Below, piece by piece: positions 1 to 12,248 of a stretch of 64,000 nucleotides of DNA. How positions within the stretch are numbered: position 1 is the first letter of the stretch; each line of letters starts with the position of its first letter. This DNA is from Octopus vulgaris. Taxonomy: Eukaryota. The DNA is taken from NCBI GenBank assembly GCA_951406725.2, contig OX597815.1:202802001-202866000 (forward strand), read 5' to 3'. The translations under genes and the position numbers were made by a program. The notes beneath the pieces are model-generated. The model ran no database searches. It was given only the letters and a program-made list of their open reading frames with translations, and had not been told where the DNA came from.

Positions 1-1755
1 TGTTTTGGACCCCGTCGTGTCTACCACTTCGATTGCTTGGTATTGGCGCAATTTGTCTCTTACTTTATCACGCGCCAATATGCAACCCAACCGATCGCAG
101 CCTTCAAATAAGTCACGTGAGGCAGTATGTTCCAAACAAGCATTTGAACCTATAATCAGCTATAACAGCTCACCTCCTCCTAGTCTCAACGTCAGTTGGT
201 TCCAGACTTTCTAAGGTCTAACCACTGAGCACATTACAGCGACCTCCATCTTCGTCACCACCATAATGTCTTCCACCAACGTTATCAACATCTACACAGC
301 ACCAACACACTGCACTAGTTCTAGCATACCTGTTCGCGAGCTCCCCACCCGGGTTAACAGCTAACATACAACCCACGCAGATGCATGTAGATATATGAAT
401 AAATGTACATCAACCACTTCTATTCAGCTTGTGTGACCACTTCTATTCATACGTGTGACCACAATAAACGTATTTAAGGTTATCACCTTTGTTCCATGTA
501 TTTTCTTTGCCGGGTTACTACCAATAACATTATAGCCTTCTGAGTGGAGTCACATTAGCTGGAACAACAACCTATAACATCTAAAGTAATGAACCGATGT
601 GATGTGGACACTATCCATCTAAAATGACATATTTTTCTGTAACCTATCCTCAATCGTATAAGATTGAATAGATCAACTATCTGTAAACAGATTCAAACAA
701 TGCTTAAAGATTTAGATTTCGAAGAACACTGATGAACATACTGAGTGTTATAGACAATGGTTAAGGTTACGGCATCAGACTACCTTACTCAGAAAATAGC
801 AATCAAGGAACAAAGTATGGGTTTCAGCAACATTCACGCTTGCATCATGTCGATCCACCCTGCTGACTGAAACAATTAAAAGATTAGAACAGTTTCCATT
901 AACACAAAGTTTAGTTGATTTAGTATGGTGGAATTTGAGTTGCTGGGAGGTTATCTGTTATTATTTCGTTAACGTGTTATCATTTTCAAAATAGACAAGT
1001 CTGACTAGTTGTAAATATGTATGTCAAGTTAAAATAATATCTCAATTTTAATGTTAATCCATGGAACCGGTCTAACTTCAGCTAGACGTCTTACACAACA
1101 CGTATTATAAGAAGAAAAATAACCCTTGATCCTCTCCAATATTGTTATATAATTTGTTTTTTCTGCTAAATATAAAGAAAGGAATGTATATTCTGATATA
1201 CTATCGTGTATCATTTAGATTCCAAATATTAAGGGAATTAACACAGATAACAGCTGAAGATACCAGTATCAATGTAGACATGAAAACGTGTTATTTTTTA
1301 TAAAAATAAAATAACATGAGTGAAATAAAGAACTAAACAAAAACTAAACAAAAATCTCAAAGAAAAACAACTGCTATTAGATCAACAGAAACTGAAAAGA
1401 AACATAAATAATAAATCTCTAGTTCAGGAGGAGAAATAGATGTTGTTATCAGTTACTGTAGCATTCTCATGAGCAAAATCTTCTTTCTTCCACGAGGTAT
1501 ACTGTCACCATGGTGTTGTTATCAAATATTTATTGAACTAAATCCGTCTTCCATAGTTCTCTTGTATGCTTCCTCATGCATAGTTTATACAAATATGCCT
1601 TCTCGCTCCTCCTCTCCCCTTCTCTCTCTTTCTCTCGTTATGTGTATCTATATATGGTTGTTTTGATAGACATACCTATATATGTGTGTCTGTGAGCGTG
1701 TGTGTGTGTGTGTGTGTTTATGTGTGTATACATACATATATGTCTGTATGTATGA

Positions 1756-1792
<37 letters not shown>

Positions 1793-1795
<3 letters not shown>

Positions 1796-2010
1796 TTCAA
1801 AATAGAAAATTACCCTTTAACAGGTAATTTTACATGCTAGAAATAGCAGCCAACACAGCAAAAAAACCCCACAATTTTATAGCAAATTTCGAAGTAATTG
1901 AAAAATAAAAACCTTTACCCTGCTATTTTGAAATACGAATATGTTGTCTATTGACTTTTTATACATGCTAGGCCACTGGTGGTGATATTTATAACGTGTA
2001 TTCGCCACCC
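1793..2010. repeat. Short dispersed repeat in (TA)n, same family as 53543-53750 (probable PLE terminal remnant)
   Basis: ATTTCAAAATAGAAAATTACCCTTTAACAGGTAATTTTACATGC...GGCCACTGGTGG...TTCGCCACCC recurs at 53543-53750; both copies are flanked by (TA)n. Confidence 0.6.
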
Positions 2011-2096
<86 letters not shown>

Positions 2097-2098
2097 TA

Positions 2099-2136
2099 CT
2101 GTCTGATGAACGGCAACGAGAAACTCAGAGTAACAG
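2099..2136 (+). ncRNA. Type I minimal hammerhead ribozyme motif
   Basis: CTGT-CTGATGA-A CG GCAA CG A-GAAA-CTCAGAGT-A-ACAG: stem I CTGT/ACAG, intact core, stem III ACTC/GAGT, GUA cleavage triplet. Confidence 0.7.
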
Positions 2137-2232
2137 ATTTTGTTGAATTTTCTGCTGCTTAAAATAAAGCATATTACTCTACCACTGGTATTTGAGTACT
2201 CTTTTTTCCACCTTGTTTCACATTTATGTGTT

Positions 2233-2281
<49 letters not shown>

Positions 2282-2512
2282 ACGTGCTTCTGTCTATAAC
2301 ATTCATTTGCAAGGCATTAGTCGATCTACAGCTATAGATAAGATAGTATTTTCTACAAAACTGACAAATGTGATAGGCATGTGGTGGGACAGAATCCGAA
2401 GATAGCTTCTTTACACGCTATGTCTGCCCCATTTAGTCCCATAAGCAGACCTGTCATATCCCGTCACACCTCTCTTTCTCTCGCTTTCACTCTGATTATA
2501 TATATATATATT

Positions 2513-2908
2513 CAAATATTTCATAATTATAAACATAATTATAATTAGGGTTCAGCTAATTGCTTCACCACATACCGAATTTAGAAATAGGAGTTAAAAT
2601 TCCTTTTCTACTACCATAATAATCTCCATGACGGTAACATACTTATTTACGAAGGCAAAGAGAAAAAACAATGAATCAACACGACCAGGGTTAACTATAT
2701 ACGCGTTTCGAGATTCAAGTGATTTAAATTTTACTTACTTCTCTCTTCAGTACAGTATTTCCAATTATAAAATTTGAAAGTGCTATGGTTAAATATGCAC
2801 ATGGTCGAGCGACATCATGTAACTGATATCCAACAAACACTTCCAAAATGTGCTGAAGCAAATAGCTGAATCGTAATTATAATTATGTTTATAATTATAA
2901 AATATTTG
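2513..2908. mobile_element. PLE remnant with ~60-bp inverted arms enclosing a hammerhead
   Basis: 2513-2573 is the near reverse complement of 2848-2908; (TA)n flanks; hammerhead at 2694-2756. Confidence 0.6.
2694..2756 (-). ncRNA. Type I hammerhead ribozyme motif
   Basis: Minus strand ACTGTA-CTGAAGA-GAGA...TCTC-GAAA-CGCGT-A-TATAGT: canonical core, palindromic stem III ACGCGT, stem I ACTGTA/TATAGT. Confidence 0.75.
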
Positions 2909-3158
2909 TATAATTTTACCTATAAAGGTTATGTTAACGTACCGATCTACTTGGGGAAATTATTAATTAATTGATTGATTAATTAATTAATTTAATTAAT
3001 AAATTTTACCCTTTTATTATAAATATATATATATATACAGATACGTACGTACATACATACATCCATCCATTCATACATACATACATACATACATACATAC
3101 ATACATACATACATACATACATACATACATACATACATACATACATACATGTACTTTG

Positions 3159-3435
3159 ATTAAAGCCGCAAAATTATCACTGAACTGTTACTCATAGTTT
3201 CACGCCCCCGTTCGACGGACAGTTGTGATGAATATTGAATTAAAATCATGATTGTACATGTAATATGTTAAATGATTTTAATTCAAAATTTATCACAAAT
3301 GCCTGACGAACGGGAATGCGAAACTATGAGTAACAGTTCGGGGATAATCTTGCAGCTTTAATAAGAAATGTAATACTGCACCTTTTGTATTCGAGTACTT
3401 TTTCCCACATTGTTTTGAACTTATGTGCTCCCCTG
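3159..3435. mobile_element. Palindromic PLE remnant with two opposed degenerate hammerheads (family of 2099-2236)
   Basis: Imperfect palindrome 3159-3362; CTGACGA...GAAACTATGAGTAACAG at 3303-3336 (+) with a mirror copy at 3185-3222; tail resembles 2160-2236. Confidence 0.6.
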
Positions 3436-3450
3436 TATATATATATATAT

Positions 3451-3665
3451 TCTTTTATTTTTTTTATTTTACTTGTTTCAGTCATTTGACTGCAGCCATG
3501 CTGGAGCACCGCCTTTAGTCGAGCAAATCGACCCCAGGACTTATTCTTTGTAAGCCCAGTACTTATTCTATCGGTCTCTTTTTGCCGAACCGCTAATTGA
3601 CGGGGACCTAAACACACCAGCATCGGTTGTCAAGCAATCCTAGAGGGACAAACACAGACACACAA

Positions 3666-3732
<67 letters not shown>

Positions 3733-3906
3733 TACATATATACGACAGGCTTCTTTCAGTTTCCGTCTACCAAATCCACTCACAAGGCATTGGTCGGCCC
3801 GGGGCTATAGCAGAAGACACTTGCCCAAGTTGCCACGCAGTGGGACTGAACCCGGAACCATGTGGTTGGTTAGCAAGCTACTTACCACACAGCCACTCCT
3901 GCGCCT
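3451..3906 (-). mobile_element. tRNA-derived SINE, family A
   Basis: Head AGGCGCAGGAGTGGCTGTGTGG (A box)...GGTTCAGTCC (B box), internal (TA)n/(TG)n, tail GACTGAAACAAGTAAAA; near-identical copies elsewhere in window. Confidence 0.9.
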
Positions 3907-4149
3907 ATTGCATCGATCTCTCTACTAACATCTCTATTTCCCTATATATATGTGAGTGTAAGAATGTATATTTTAGTTTGTTTTAGCCATGATGATTGAT
4001 GACGTACTGACTCGTTGTATTCGGTGTATACATATCTATGAACAATTTTTTGTAGTCGTATTTTTATTGCTTGCTTTCAGTACACTGCCGCGAGCAGTTC
4101 AGTCTATCTTGGATGTCAGAGAGGATTTGATCAAGTTTTCTCTATCCAA

Positions 4150-5000
4150 CTATCGCATAAAGAGTTCAGTAACTCGTATATATGCAGTACCTAGCAATAC
4201 TATTTTGTTTATGCTGTGCCTTTCTTAACTTCAAGGGATCTGATAGTGCTTATAACTGCAACTTTATAAATAATTCCCAAAACAACTAATTGTATATGGA
4301 TTGCTTCTGTTTCCAAACTCTGCATCAGTGTTATCTTTATTTCCAGATCTCATATTTGGGTAATTTTTCTATTTCAGTTACAATTACGTTTTCAACTCTT
4401 GAGTAATTCTTTCCTGGTTGACCTTGACAACATCCTGAAGTGTATTCTTGATCTCGCTGTCTGTGAGACAAAGCATATCCCAGTGTCCTGTCGATTTGTG
4501 AATTTCTGAGATATTTTACTGGTGTATTCTTATAACACCACATTGATGATATTTCATAATATGGGCGAAATTTATAATTTATTAAGTTGACATATCTGTG
4601 TACTTGTTCTTTCTTGTCTAAGTACCAAACCTTAGAGCAGCCAAAAACAATATGGGAAATTCTTTCCTACCAACTTCTGTATATTCTGTATCAAGTTATT
4701 GCGCCCTGTTTAATTATATAGCCCTGGTGGTCTTCTCTTGGGTAGTCTTGAAACATGTTCTTTACAGTTAGTGCTGTAATCATTATATTTCCCAACCAGT
4801 GCAATTCTATTCAAGCACTGGAAACATAGGAGTCTTTCTTGAGATCATTCTGTAGTCCAATTTTTATATTGGATTTTAGCTTTTTTCACAATTTCTGATG
4901 ACTCATTTCTCTTTACAATTGTCTGTTAATACAAACAGCTGTGTAATTGCTGCTTCCCTTGAAAACAGGTGTTCTAATCTAGCACTGTCAATCAATGAAC
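4150..5000 (-). mobile_element. Highly decayed R4/Dong-type non-LTR fragment
   Basis: Fragmentary minus-strand translation resembles the RLE C-terminus at 22621-23207 (WCYKNTP, ENV...EKLPKY, LLGTAYI). Confidence 0.45.
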
Positions 5001-5674
5001 ATTCATTATCTGTAATGATTCATATTCCCAGCACCGCCTTCATAATATTGATATATTAAATGTTCATCAATAAACTCAGCGAGACGGATAAATGAACAAT
5101 TTGGAAACACAGGTAAATGTTAGTGCGGTTATCTTCAGCAGTCACGGGCTTTCTGACACTGAGAAGACAATAGGACCACAGGCTGCACTAAAAATACTAA
5201 TCTCCGGCTGCAACTACCTGCCAAAGCAAACATTCGTTGAATGACAGAATCGTCGAAGAAAGTGTCCGTGTAAAATACTAAACAACACATGATGTCCCAA
5301 ATACTAGTCTGATGAAATGAATGTGTCTAAATGGGATGCACATACCAAATATTGCACAATGAACCATGTACATGATCTGTTTCTGTACATATAACCTCAA
5401 AAAATAACACTTTGGGGCTGCACTTTCTAGCAAGTGGGACATAACCTAGTACGTGTATGTGAAGTATGAATATCCTTTTTCTGCATATTTAATTAATATT
5501 TTCGCTGCATCTTTTTAAATCATTCATCTTTATCACGATATCAATAAATTAAAATGATGCAATATATATGTTTATATACATACATACATACATACGTACA
5601 TACATACATACATACATACATACATACATACATACATACATACATACATACATACATACATACATACATACATA

Positions 5675-5890
5675 ACGGGAAGGTTTACGAAAATAAACAA
5701 AAGACGAAGGCAGGTGGAGTACAAACAAACAAATGTATTAGTATGGCGCTCAGGAATAGAAATAGAACAAGTGTTTCACGTTTCGATCCTACGCTCTTTG
5801 ACAGAAAGATAAACAGAAAAGAAACAAGGAGAGAAACAAAGAGAGAAAAAAATGCGTGTAGGAGCTAACGGTCTATCATGGCGTTCTGTA
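5675..5890 (-). mobile_element. PLE terminal remnant with degenerate hammerhead (family of 32900-33120)
   Basis: Similar to 32940-33060; minus strand TTT-CTGTCAA-AGAGCGTAGGATC-GAAACGTG-AAA; inserted in (TACA)n. Confidence 0.5.
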
Positions 5891-6064
5891 CATACATACA
5901 TACATGCATACATACATACATACATACATACATACATACATACATACATACACACACACATACATAATACATACATACATACATACATACATACATACAT
6001 ACATACATACATACATACATACATACATACACTTGCATACATAGACATACATATATGTTCCTTG

Positions 6065-8815
6065 TCATGATTTCTGCCTCCTCTGATAATCCGTTCCCAG
6101 CCTTTTTCCACTCAGCCACCCTATACAGGATCATGTCATATGGCTCGTCCAGTTGGGAGCTCATTTATTGGCTAATACAATCCAGTTGGAATCGCGTCAA
6201 ATGAGTTTATTAATAAATGTTCTTCTATCAGCTTTCAGGAGCGAAGTCAGACTTAATTACAGGTCCTGCAATGCCAGGAAATTAAGCAAGCAATAAGTAT
6301 TAAAACGCATATCTATTTTGCAGTATAAGCACTTTGATCAACATTAGAACCCTGCAAACTTATGAGATAAAAAAAAGAAACAATAAGCCTTCTTAACTCC
6401 TAAAAAGAATGAAACTACTTCTGAAAATCACTTCCCTGCAAGAACATTTCGTGAAATAATTATCCTTCATGTTTGCTGCTCAATGTACAAGTGTTATTGA
6501 CATCTGGTAGAGACATCTGCGGTCCAAGTGGCAGAGAAAGCTGATGGCATTGTCGATATTTCTATACCAAATTCGAACTCTCTCACTTTTTGTATACCTT
6601 CGGAAATAAGGCGTTTCGTAAATTTACGGAAGACAAAAATTCAGTTACTCACAGAAAATTCCGGAGCTTTCAGAAAGATTTCATTTCTCTACACTTTCGG
6701 TGTCAGGGTCAAAGAATTTGGTACAGAAACGTCAACCTAATTCTGACAGAAGGCAGTCTTCACAATGTTGCTATCGTCACAGAAATGCCTTAAATGCTCA
6801 TCGCAGTTTACTGCCTTGCTATTTTTAGTATTTTCTTGAGCAAAAGGAAAACGCACTGGCCAGAGAATAAAAGCAACTTCCGTATGTCACTTCTACCGTA
6901 AATATTCATCGGGTGCTCATTTCCTAGAGGATACTGGTGCAGAATGCAATATTTGGCAATCTAGTTTCTCACGGGGCTCAAAGCACCATTTTAGTTTCTT
7001 AGCAGACTTTTTTTAAAAATCAAAAATTTAATGATACTAATTTGTGGTTACGCGGTATTGACGCAAAGTCTGTTATTAGCAATCCTCTTTTTCTTTATCG
7101 CTTTTACATCCCATAAATATACACCCTTCTTAGTTGCATTCTGGACATCATTTACCCGGGGTTACTAACAAAACACCTCCAGATTCAGTAACACATCATA
7201 TTGTTATTACTAGACCTCTTGTTTCTGCTCTGCGTAAACGTCTTATTGCAGCAAAATTGGAAGAAGAATTTAGTCACATGTTGCAGCTCGGAATTATTTG
7301 AATCTCTTCTAGCAACAAGTTTCCTCCCTTACGCATGGGACCCCCAAAACGCCATAGGCGATTGCCATCTTTGCGGGGCCTATTGCATGTTGAATTCTAA
7401 AATTGCTCTATTTCTCACCTTCATATTGTCTTATCCTCTTTAACCGATTTTAGTGCGTTTTTGTTTTTTTAACAATGCTTTGATTCATACGTATATCCCA
7501 TTGATCAGAGTGATATTCCTAGCGCTCTATATGGATTCCTGAAAACGCCTTTCAGGCTCTGAAATTCTGCGAATTGCTTCCAAAGTTTTTTTGATGCACT
7601 TATAAACTGCTTCAAAATCGCTTTTGCTAATATTGTTGACTCAGTTTGAACGCCAGTACTTTGGAAACTGAACGTCATCTAAATAAACACTCCACAAGAT
7701 TCGCGCCTTACAGAATAAATGTCTCTTTTGGTGTTTCGTCTTTTATATTCTTAGATAGCTTCATTGATAGAAGTAATATGCGCTCTATGGCGGAAGTGAT
7801 AGATCTAATTGCGCTGTTTCCAGCTCTCCCTACATAATGACAATTACGTGAGTTTTCTGGCTTAGTGATCTTTTACAGAGGTTTCATTTAACATTGTGTT
7901 CGAACAAATTACTCATTAGCTGCATCGTTACGGAATCAGATGTGATAAAAATGGGAACACCTCCTTTAATACAGGAAGAAATATGGCGTTTAAGGAGACC
8001 AAGGCCTGTTTACTGATTCACTCGACACCTGATACACCTCTTTCTCTGCTAGTAGAAGTTTTAGATATTGGCATCGAAATGTTTTATGTCATTTTAAAAC
8101 TATTCCTGGCAACATTTTTCCTTTATCTTGAAGCGCTTGAAACCGATCGAAACTAGATATACAACTTTCGGTCGAAAAGTAATAGCAGCATATCAATATG
8201 TTAAGCATTTTCGTCCTCTTCTGTAAAAGGAAATTTGTCATATATACTTATCATAAACTTCTAATTTTCGTCTCCAATATCAATTGGAAAAAATCACGAT
8301 AGGCATCTTCACTTCATATTGCATCTTCACTTCATATTGCATCTTCACTTCATATTGCATCTTCACTTCATATTGCATTTTAATATTGATATCCGTTATG
8401 TCAAGTGCTCCAACTGACGCTTTATCTTAAGTGAATTCTCTGCATTGTAACGGTTCTATTGATTTGGACGAAATGATTATAAACGAGGGATAGGAGGACG
8501 AACTATTGCGATGAAACAAACTTTGAGTCATGTACTAGAAGCATATTTTGTGTGACATGTCTACTGGTTATGAACGACCTCTTAAACCTGTTAAACATAA
8601 GATGTTCAGTTGTTCCTGCTTGTTCTATTTGGCAATCTATGACCTGAGAAGTTCATCAATTGACTAAAAAGTGTGTATCCTATCAAAGAGCAAAATTTTA
8701 TCGCCCTACTAAATTTCCAAGGAACTTTCGCTGCACCAGAAGCTCATTTTCAACATAAAGATATATATATTGTTCAGCCTTTATCTCCTACACATGACTA
8801 TACCTATCTGTTGTC
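6065..8815 (+). mobile_element. Decayed Ty3/Gypsy internal region (gag-PR-RT-RH-IN, CsRN1-like)
   Basis: Broken translations in the correct order: gag DHVIWLVQL; knuckle CYRH...AHRSLLPC; protease FLEDTGAEC (~6920); RT VTHHIV...EEEFSHMLQLGII and YGFLKTPFRL..ANCFQ; RNase H FVIYTYHKLL; integrase YQRAK...HFQHKDIYIVQPL...YTYLL. Confidence 0.8.
8303..8374 (+). repeat. 18-bp tandem repeat x4 inside the Gypsy remnant
   Basis: (GCATCTTCACTTCATATT)4. Confidence 0.9.
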
Positions 8816-9021
8816 TTGTACTGATCTCTACTCCTAAATATTTCGACAGCATCGGTAGCCAAATCATTCCTTTTCCAACACAGATAGATAGACAGGACAT
8901 AATATCTTCCTATTATAATATTTGACACCAGAACAAAGAATTTAAGTAGACTCAAATGATCAATGGTGTCTCGATTTCTTCTTGAGTATGAAATCTATAA
9001 CTACACTTTATTAGTTATGAT

Positions 9022-9054
<33 letters not shown>

Positions 9055-9217
9055 TTGTGTGTGTGTTGTTTATGTGCGTGTGTGAGTGTGCATGTGTATG
9101 TATATTTGGGGAGTAAGAGAGAACTGTATGCACAGACATGCACATATACATAAATGTATGTATGCATGTATGTATTTTCTGCATGTATGCATGTATGTAT
9201 GTATGTATATGTATGTA

Positions 9218-9710
9218 TAAAATCAAAATAAGTAACAGGATATCTAGAGATAATGCAGTACGATCGTTTCAAGCGACTCCATTTAATTAAACAATGCAAC
9301 CATTACATCAATTTAAATGCAGAGAAATCCTCAGCTGCACAAATACAGATATTTAAATTAAATTAAAACAGATGGACACATAACTAAAATTTTACCTAAA
9401 ACCTCCAAGAAGGTAAGAAGATAGACAAAGAACATGATGTCTTCACTTCAGCTTAGAAGCTACTAAGGTATCAGGAAGAAAGACTTGAGATCTAGCTTGT
9501 CACTGTTTTTTGGGAGGATCAGTTTTAATTTATAGTCTTGTTTATCAAATCTTTGTATATCAAAATCATGATCATGTTATTATTCTATAATAGCCTCTAT
9601 AAAATAATCTTAATGTTTGATGTAATGGTTGCATTGTTCAATTAAATGGAGTCGCTTGAAACGATCATACTGCATTACCTCTAGATATCCTGTTGCTTAT
9701 TTTGATTTTA
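9218..9710. mobile_element. PLE remnant with ~95-bp inverted arms and a hammerhead motif
   Basis: 9218-9311 is the near reverse complement of 9617-9710; minus strand TGCAG-CTGAGGA-(long insert)-GAAACGATCGT-A-CTGCA at 9254-9339. Confidence 0.6.
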
Positions 9711-9813
9711 ATCATTTTATTTTGAAACTGTATGGATAACACCGTACTAGATTCTGGTGCCTCAACTTAGGTACCTAATTCTCCTGAATCTAAATTTTTG
9801 CTATATGTATGTA

Positions 9814-9870
<57 letters not shown>

Positions 9871-11127
9871 CAATTTTGATAGATTTGTATGTGTACTATG
9901 TATATAAGTGGCATTTTATCATAATATATAAGAAATGTGATATTTGACTTCATAATAAGGGTTATAAAAACACTTAATACAAAGAAATACTCAATAATGA
10001 TTTTTCTTTGTATCTGATGTTTAAGAAAACGTCGAATTTTATAAAAGTTACTTCAATATCCTATTTTTATAAATTTCCTTGTTTCATTAATTCATTCGGG
10101 ATGTACTATGATAATTTGTATATAGCTTCTACATACTTGGCAAGAAAAATTGCACAATATGTCGAAACAACTGTCTATAAATATATTGGAATTAAATGCT
10201 GGTGCTGAATTTAAATTAATTTGTTAAGTGTCAAGAACAATACTCCCGCATGGCTTCTCCCATTTGCGAAAGAAAACGAACGAAAACAACAAAAAATATC
10301 AGCGTACTGAGATGAAATTGCACGCTAAATACTGAGTGACGTTCTTCACTAAGTGCATAGTCTTGTCAAATTTTATTTGAAGTTGACAGTATTATAAAAC
10401 TAGCCGGACTCGCACACAGAAGCCAACGAATGTTTGGTGCACACCTACAAACGAAGGCCGAAATCCAAACGGTTTTTCCTAATTTCAGTAATCCCAGGCG
10501 ATCTAAAAATGTTTTGCAAAACATTTCTGGAGATCCTTAACAGAAAACAAATATAATTTGTTTGTTCTGCTGTTCTCTATATACCCTGTAAATCTGTTTC
10601 TTGCAATTTGTATCAAACTAAGAGCTTAAACATATTCTCGAATATTTTATATGTTTTATATTCAGTTAATCTAATAGTCTGAAAATTATTGCATGGAGAA
10701 TGAAAGAGACAAACTGAAGGAAAAAAGAAATATACGCAAATATGGTGGAAATAATTCTTGCAGTTGAGTTTGAAATATTAAAAATAATTATAACGAAAGA
10801 AATATTTCGCTTTGAAATTGTTATACTACGATTTAGCAGATCATCCAATAAGAGTGAAGCGAATGCAGCAAACATTTGTTTAGGCGCAAGTTAATCGTGC
10901 TAAAAGCAAGGTTGTAAATATTTAGATATTACTGAAACAAATCCACATGACATCTCGATATCGATTGGTTTATAGATTAGTTTATCTTGTCAGTTACCAG
11001 CAGTGGGTGAGGTCTAAGACTGAAGACTTTACAGACTCATTTTGAACGGTTGTACGAGTTAACATTTTGAGTTATTACAAATGTTGTTTACACATATTCA
11101 TCCTAAGGTGTTTATATATATATATAT

Positions 11128-11679
11128 ATATTTATAATAGGATTAGCTCGTATACGAGTAGGTATATATTTGTAAAAAATGAAGTTCGAAAATGCTGCTG
11201 TATTATACAATTTTTAATTTTTATATATATACATTATAACATGTTTCAGTTCCTGAAATGAACTTTATCAAAAAAAGTTATTTATAAAAAAAGACAGCTC
11301 ATGCCGTCAAACACAAGAAATTCATTTATAATACACAACGGAGTCAGACATCTTAGAGTTCATGTATAGTTGATATATAGTTCATGTATAGTTGATATAT
11401 AGTTTGAAGTATATGTTCAAAGTGTTCGATGCAGTGGCCCACGGTGGCGATACGTATTCAATACAAAAAACAGATCAAAGTGGTGGAAAGCGGTCAATAC
11501 AGAAGATTGATGTTTCCGAAAGAGCGAGGAATTCATTTTTACCTTAAGCAAATGTGATGACCCATGGTGGATGTTCGCTGGGTGGTTCTAATGAGTTTTT
11601 GTGAAGTGTTCGGTTTTATAATGCCTGTTAGGTGGTCAATTCAGCGTAGCGTGACGTCATCAACGTTTTGACCAATCGT
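11128..11679 (-). repeat. 3' pseudo-LTR of the PLE
   Basis: Virtually identical to 15938-16489 (offset 4810 bp). Confidence 0.95.
11231..11278 (-). ncRNA. Variant hammerhead candidate (U3-A8 core) in the pseudo-LTR
   Basis: Sense strand TTGATAA-AGTTC ATTTCAG GAACT-GAAA-CATGT-T; perfect 5-bp stem II, palindromic stem III ACATGT, weak stem I. Confidence 0.5.
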
Positions 11680-12078
11680 TTCGTTAGGTGGCTTTAGTCA
11701 AGTAGAACGGGACGTCATCATTATTTTGACCAATCGCTGCATTATAACTGCCTATTGTTTGTTTTCCTGTTTTGACCAGTCGCTTCGTTAGTCAAGTAGA
11801 ACGGGACGTCATCATTATTTTGACCAATCGCTGCATTATAACTGCCTCTTGTTTGTTTCCTGTCCTGACCAGTCGCTTCGTTAGTCAAGCAGAACGGGAC
11901 GTCATGCAGATTCTGCCCAATCACGACTTATAGCTACATTAGATCTGCCCCCTGTCTGTACTTGTTAGGTGACTATTCAAGCAGAAAAGGACGTCATCAA
12001 TATTCTGACTAATGACTGTCCCCTGTTTGTATCCTGTCCATTCTAGCTGAGCTAGACGTCATCAACTTGTTGACCAAT
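11652..12078. promoter_or_regulatory. Array of six GACGTCA-N12-CCAAT modules (CRE/ATF + NF-Y like) in the PLE 3' region
   Basis: GACGTCA at 11653, 11711, 11805, 11898, 11990, 12055, each followed 19 nt later by CCAAT (CTAAT once); includes ~94-bp tandem units. Confidence 0.55.
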
Positions 12079-12248
12079 CAGAATCGGGTCTGACCCTTAG
12101 CTGTATCGTATGTATCAGGGTCAGATTTGCACGAAAGAATTTTTTTCCCTTTTTTACTTAGGTATATTTCCGTCAGAGTGAGTGTCTGTTTGAAGTAGCG
12201 GTCGTGGTGGAATTTTGCTTCTCCTTTTCGGAGGACTTATCTTTTGTT

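Noticed and set aside
1-525. Possible Gypsy 3' end or LTR
   Set aside because: Only a polyA signal and vague similarity; no second LTR or clear motif
11700-11930. CRISPR-like repeat-spacer array
   Set aside because: Contiguous tandem units without unique spacers, in a eukaryotic retroelement UTR
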